DNA of 64,000 nt from Candidatus Hydrogenedentota bacterium (GTDB taxonomy: Bacteria; Hydrogenedentota; Hydrogenedentia; Hydrogenedentales; SLHB01): NCBI GenBank assembly GCA_963745075.1, contig CAVUWV010000032.1, positions 1 through 64,000 of the forward strand, written 5' to 3'. The notes beneath the pieces were generated by a model. The model did no database searches. It had not been told where the DNA came from and saw nothing but the letters and a program-made list of their open reading frames with translations. The stretch's first letter is position 1. The number at the start of each line of letters is the position of its first letter. Of the stretch, positions 60,634-64,000 are shown in pieces. The translations under genes were made by a program, and so were the position numbers.

Positions 60634-61899
60634 TTGCGGTTTGAAGCCTATGTGGCCATGCGGTACTTGCGCGGCAAGCGCAAGAGCCGTTTCGTCAGTC
60701 TTATCACGATCATCTCGGTCGCCGGGGTGAGCGTAGGCGTGATGGCGCTGATCGTGGTCATGGGCGTCATGACGGGTTTCGACGAAGAACTCACCGCTTC
60801 CATCATGGGTAACAACGCCCACCTCACGATCGAAGACCGCTTCCACGAACCCCTCCAGGATCCGGACGCGATTATCGACCAGTTGAAAGAAACCTATCCC
60901 GAGATCATCGCTGCAAGTCCTATCGTCCAGGTTCGTGCTGCCCTGCGCCGTAGCGGGAGCAGCGGCCAGGACTACGAAGCCGCCTACGTCATCGGCATCG
61001 ACCCCAAGCGGGAAACAGAAGTAACGCAACTCGCGGAGAATTTGACCAAAGCGCGGGGCCGTACCATGGGCGCCGGACACCTGCCCGGGAAGAATGAGAT
61101 CGTGCTGGGCTGGCAACTCGCGCAAAACGTCGGTGTCTATATAGGCGACCTTGTTGCGATTGTCACGTTGACGGATACGCCGTCGCCGTTGGGCCGCGTG
61201 TCCACGTCGGAGAAATGGTGCACGGTCAGCGGAATCTCTCAGGCGCAAATGCAGGAGTTCGACTCCGTCTACGCCTACGTCACCCTCGACACGGCGCAGC
61301 GCATCAAGCGTCAGGAAGGCGTCGACGCGATCCACTGCATCATCAAAGATCCCATGCAGGCGAAGATCCTGGCCCGCCGAATTGAGGAGGACTTCGGCTA
61401 TCTGGCCTCGACCTGGTACGACAGCAATATCTTCTTCTTCGAGGCGCTCAAGCAGGAAAAGGTGGCCATGTTCATCATCCTGATGTTCATCATCCTCGTG
61501 GCCGCCTTCAACATCACCAGCACCCTCATCATGGTGGTCATGGAGAAGAAGCGCGACATCGGCATCCTACGCACCTTGGGTGTCAGCAGCCGGGCCATCA
61601 TTCAACTGTTCATGCTGGAAGGCCTCTACATCGGTTTGAGCGGAACTTTTGTCGGGGTCGTCTGCGGTACGGTGCTCGCCTACAACCTCAACCCCGTCGC
61701 AAAAGTGATTGCGTGGTTTCTAGACATCGATCTTTTTAACGCGGTCATCTACCACTTCGATCACATCCCTGTGGCCGTCGTGCCGCGGGACATCATCGGC
61801 ATCACACTGTGCGCGGTTGCCCTGACCTTCATTTCGACTCTGTATCCGGCGTGGAGCGCGTCGCGCCTCGACCCGGTGGATGCGTTACGTTATGAGTAA
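60634..61899 (+). CDS. Lipoprotein-releasing ABC transporter permease (LolC/E family)
   Basis: GAGGAG RBS before the TTG; VMGVMTGF, AAFNITSTL, EKKRDIGILRTLG and DPVDALRYE motifs. Confidence 0.92.
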   Translation: MRFEAYVAMRYLRGKRKSRFVSLITIISVAGVSVGVMALIVVMGVMTGFDEELTASIMGNNAHLTIEDRFHEPLQDPDAIIDQLKETYPEIIAASPIVQVRAALRRSGSSGQDYEAAYVIGIDPKRETEVTQLAENLTKARGRTMGAGHLPGKNEIVLGWQLAQNVGVYIGDLVAIVTLTDTPSPLGRVSTSEKWCTVSGISQAQMQEFDSVYAYVTLDTAQRIKRQEGVDAIHCIIKDPMQAKILARRIEEDFGYLASTWYDSNIFFFEALKQEKVAMFIILMFIILVAAFNITSTLIMVVMEKKRDIGILRTLGVSSRAIIQLFMLEGLYIGLSGTFVGVVCGTVLAYNLNPVAKVIAWFLDIDLFNAVIYHFDHIPVAVVPRDIIGITLCAVALTFISTLYPAWSASRLDPVDALRYE

Positions 61900-62590
61900 A
61901 AACGCCAATAGCAATGTGATCGAGTGCATCGATCTCGAAAAGACCTTCCATGACGGCACCCGCGAGCTGCGCATCCTTCGCAGTCTTAACTTGGCCGTGC
62001 GTGAGGGCGAAGGGTTTGCCATCAGCGGCCCCTCGGGCGTGGGCAAGAGCACGTTGCTGCACATCCTTGGAACGTTGGATCGCCCTACCGGGGGTGAGGT
62101 TCTATTTCGCGGCACGTCGCTCGCTAAGACGAATCGATTGGAGATCAATCGCATCCGCAATGAGGAAATCGGCTTCGTCTTTCAGTTCTATCACCTGCTG
62201 CCCGAGTTTACCGCCCTCGAGAACGTCATGATGCCCGCGTTCAGCATGGGCAAACGTCGCGCCGAACTCCGTGAACGTGCGGAGGAGTTGTTGACTAAAG
62301 TCGGCCTTGCCGATCGCATGACCCACAAACCCGGCATGCTCAGCGGCGGCGAACAACAACGCGTCGCCATCGGCCGCGCCTTGTTCAATCGTCCCAGCGT
62401 CGTCCTCGCGGACGAACCCACCGGCAACCTCGATGAACGCACGGGCGACGGCATCATCGAACTCCTCTGGAACCTCAACCGAACGGAAGGCGTCACCCTC
62501 GTCGTCGTCACCCACGACGATTCCATGGCCAAACAGGCCGACCGTTGGGTCTACATCCACGAAGGCCAAGCGGTCGAAAAAAAGGGGTAA
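61892..62590 (+). CDS. lolD: Lipoprotein-releasing ABC transporter ATP-binding subunit
   Basis: GPSGVGKS, FQFYHLLPEF, LSGGEQQR and DEPTGNLD motifs. Confidence 0.92.
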   Translation: MSKNANSNVIECIDLEKTFHDGTRELRILRSLNLAVREGEGFAISGPSGVGKSTLLHILGTLDRPTGGEVLFRGTSLAKTNRLEINRIRNEEIGFVFQFYHLLPEFTALENVMMPAFSMGKRRAELRERAEELLTKVGLADRMTHKPGMLSGGEQQRVAIGRALFNRPSVVLADEPTGNLDERTGDGIIELLWNLNRTEGVTLVVVTHDDSMAKQADRWVYIHEGQAVEKKG

Positions 62591-62679
62591 TCGACCGGAA
62601 CCGCTCCCCGCTCTCCCTTCGTCGTTGATTTTCCGCGCCGTCATCGGATAGAAGGGATGTAACTATGGGGAGACCAGCC

Positions 62680-64000
62680 ATGACATTCTCACGCGTTCTT
62701 ACTTTGCTCGCCTGTTGCACGGTTGCGTTTGTTGCGTCCGCGCAGGATGTGACCTACGAACCCACCTGGGAGTCGCTCGATACCCGGCCGAACCCGCAGT
62801 GGTTCGAGGACGCCAAGTTCGGCATTTTCATCCATTGGGGCGTGTATTCGGTTCCGTCGTGGGGTCCCAAGGGCAGCTACGCGGAATGGTACTGGAACCA
62901 CATGCAGAACAAGGACGGCGAGACTTGGAAACACCACGTCGCGACCTACGGCGAGAAGTTCAAGTATCAGGATTTCGCGCCCATGTTCAAGGCGGAATTG
63001 TTCAATCCCGACGAATGGGCGGACATCTTTCAGCGATCCGGCGCGAAGTACGTGGTGCTCACGTCGAAACACCACGAAGGGTTCGCCCTGTGGCCGAGCG
63101 CCCAGGCCTGGAACTGGAACAGCGTCGACATCGGCCCGCACCGGGACCTCTGCGGCGATCTCATCACAGCGGTCCACGCGAAAGGCCTTCGCATGGGCTA
63201 CTACTACTCGATCTACGAGTGGTACAACCCGCTGTACCTGAGCGGCGACATCGAGAAGTACGCGACCGAGCACATGCTCCCGCAATTGAAAGACCTCGTG
63301 CAGCGCTACAAGCCAGACATCGTCTGGCCTGACGGTGAGTGGGACGCCACCAGCGACAAATGGCATAGCCCCGAATTCCTGGCGTGGCTCTTCAATGAGT
63401 CGGATGCGCCGAAGGACGTGGCCGTCAACGACCGCTGGGGCAAGGATACGCGGAACGTCCACGGCGGTTTTGCGACCCCCGAGTACGGCCACATCCCTGA
63501 GGGAAAGCTCATCGAGGAGGGGCGCTTCGAGGAATGCCAGGGCATGGGCGCGTCATTCGGCTACAACCGCAACGAGAACGTCGACGACTACCGGTCCGCG
63601 GAAAAGTTGCTCCACCTCCTCATCGACAACGTGAGCCGGGGCGGTAACCTCCTCCTCGACATCGGTCCCACGGCCGACGGCCGCATCCCGGTTATCATGC
63701 AGCAGCGCCTCATCGACATGGGCAAGTGGCTGGAGGTCAACGGTGAAGCCATCTACGGCACAGACACGTGGCGCGAACATAGCGAGGGTGACCTGGTCCG
63801 CTACACGGCCAAGAACGGCGCGGTCTACGCCATCTGCCTGAAGTGGCCGGGTGAAACCCTGACACTTGAGACGCCCAAAGCCGGCGCGGACACCAAAGTT
63901 GCCATGCTCGGCCTGGACGACCCGATTGCATCGGAAGTCCAAGAAGGCAAACTGGTTGTCCACGTCCCCGCGTTGACCCCGAACAAGCTTCCGTGCCGGT
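62680..64000 (+). CDS. Alpha-L-fucosidase (GH29), 3'-truncated; absent from the ORF track
   Basis: Read directly from the sequence: signal peptide, YEPTWESLD, FGIFIHWGVYSVP, TSKHHEGF, WPDGEW, NDRWG, GGNLLLDIGP and NGEAIYGT. Confidence 0.93.
   Translation, partial: MTFSRVLTLLACCTVAFVASAQDVTYEPTWESLDTRPNPQWFEDAKFGIFIHWGVYSVPSWGPKGSYAEWYWNHMQNKDGETWKHHVATYGEKFKYQDFAPMFKAELFNPDEWADIFQRSGAKYVVLTSKHHEGFALWPSAQAWNWNSVDIGPHRDLCGDLITAVHAKGLRMGYYYSIYEWYNPLYLSGDIEKYATEHMLPQLKDLVQRYKPDIVWPDGEWDATSDKWHSPEFLAWLFNESDAPKDVAVNDRWGKDTRNVHGGFATPEYGHIPEGKLIEEGRFEECQGMGASFGYNRNENVDDYRSAEKLLHLLIDNVSRGGNLLLDIGPTADGRIPVIMQQRLIDMGKWLEVNGEAIYGTDTWREHSEGDLVRYTAKNGAVYAICLKWPGETLTLETPKAGADTKVAMLGLDDPIASEVQEGKLVVHVPALTPNKLPCR

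Noticed and set aside
62689..63963. ORF-track calls at the right end
   Set aside because: The real gene is the plus-strand GH29 frame from 62680, which runs off the window.

Overview
A GC-rich (roughly 60%) bacterial chromosomal window. The DUF1559/H-X9-DG prepilin-like genes, Tat-exported sulfatase/Gfo/TIM-barrel enzymes and GH29/GH31 glycosidases suggest Candidatus Hydrogenedentes or a PVC-like lineage (inference only). The first ~52 kb is mixed metabolic, envelope and regulatory content: a pabB-pabC fusion, gdhA, three GT-C-like membrane proteins, a GT-C/MTase/GT2/LOG run, an ECF sigma/anti-sigma pair, YyaL-DsbD, MMPL, glnE, glycerate kinase, an NtrB/NtrC-like pair and udg. The last ~12 kb is a core cluster (rpsB-tsf-pyrH-frr-uppS-cdsA-prfB-lysS-lolC/E-lolD) followed by a truncated alpha-L-fucosidase. 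I saw no rRNA, tRNA, CRISPR array, transposase or prophage. The most notable items are: (1) a 1205-aa protein with two P-loop NTPase modules, a wHTH and TPRs (STAND-like); (2) a secreted, membrane-anchored lysyl-oxidase homolog broken by an in-frame TGA; (3) an 18-bp perfect palindrome with a GAAC-N4-GTTC (SOS-box-like) core just downstream of a prepilin gene promoter; (4) several families of non-autonomous palindromic or tandem repeats, two of them inside the translation cluster; (5) prfB without the programmed frameshift; and (6) a possibly lipoprotein-type YyaL next to dsbD. Two reading-frame disruptions at G runs suggest the assembly has indel errors.
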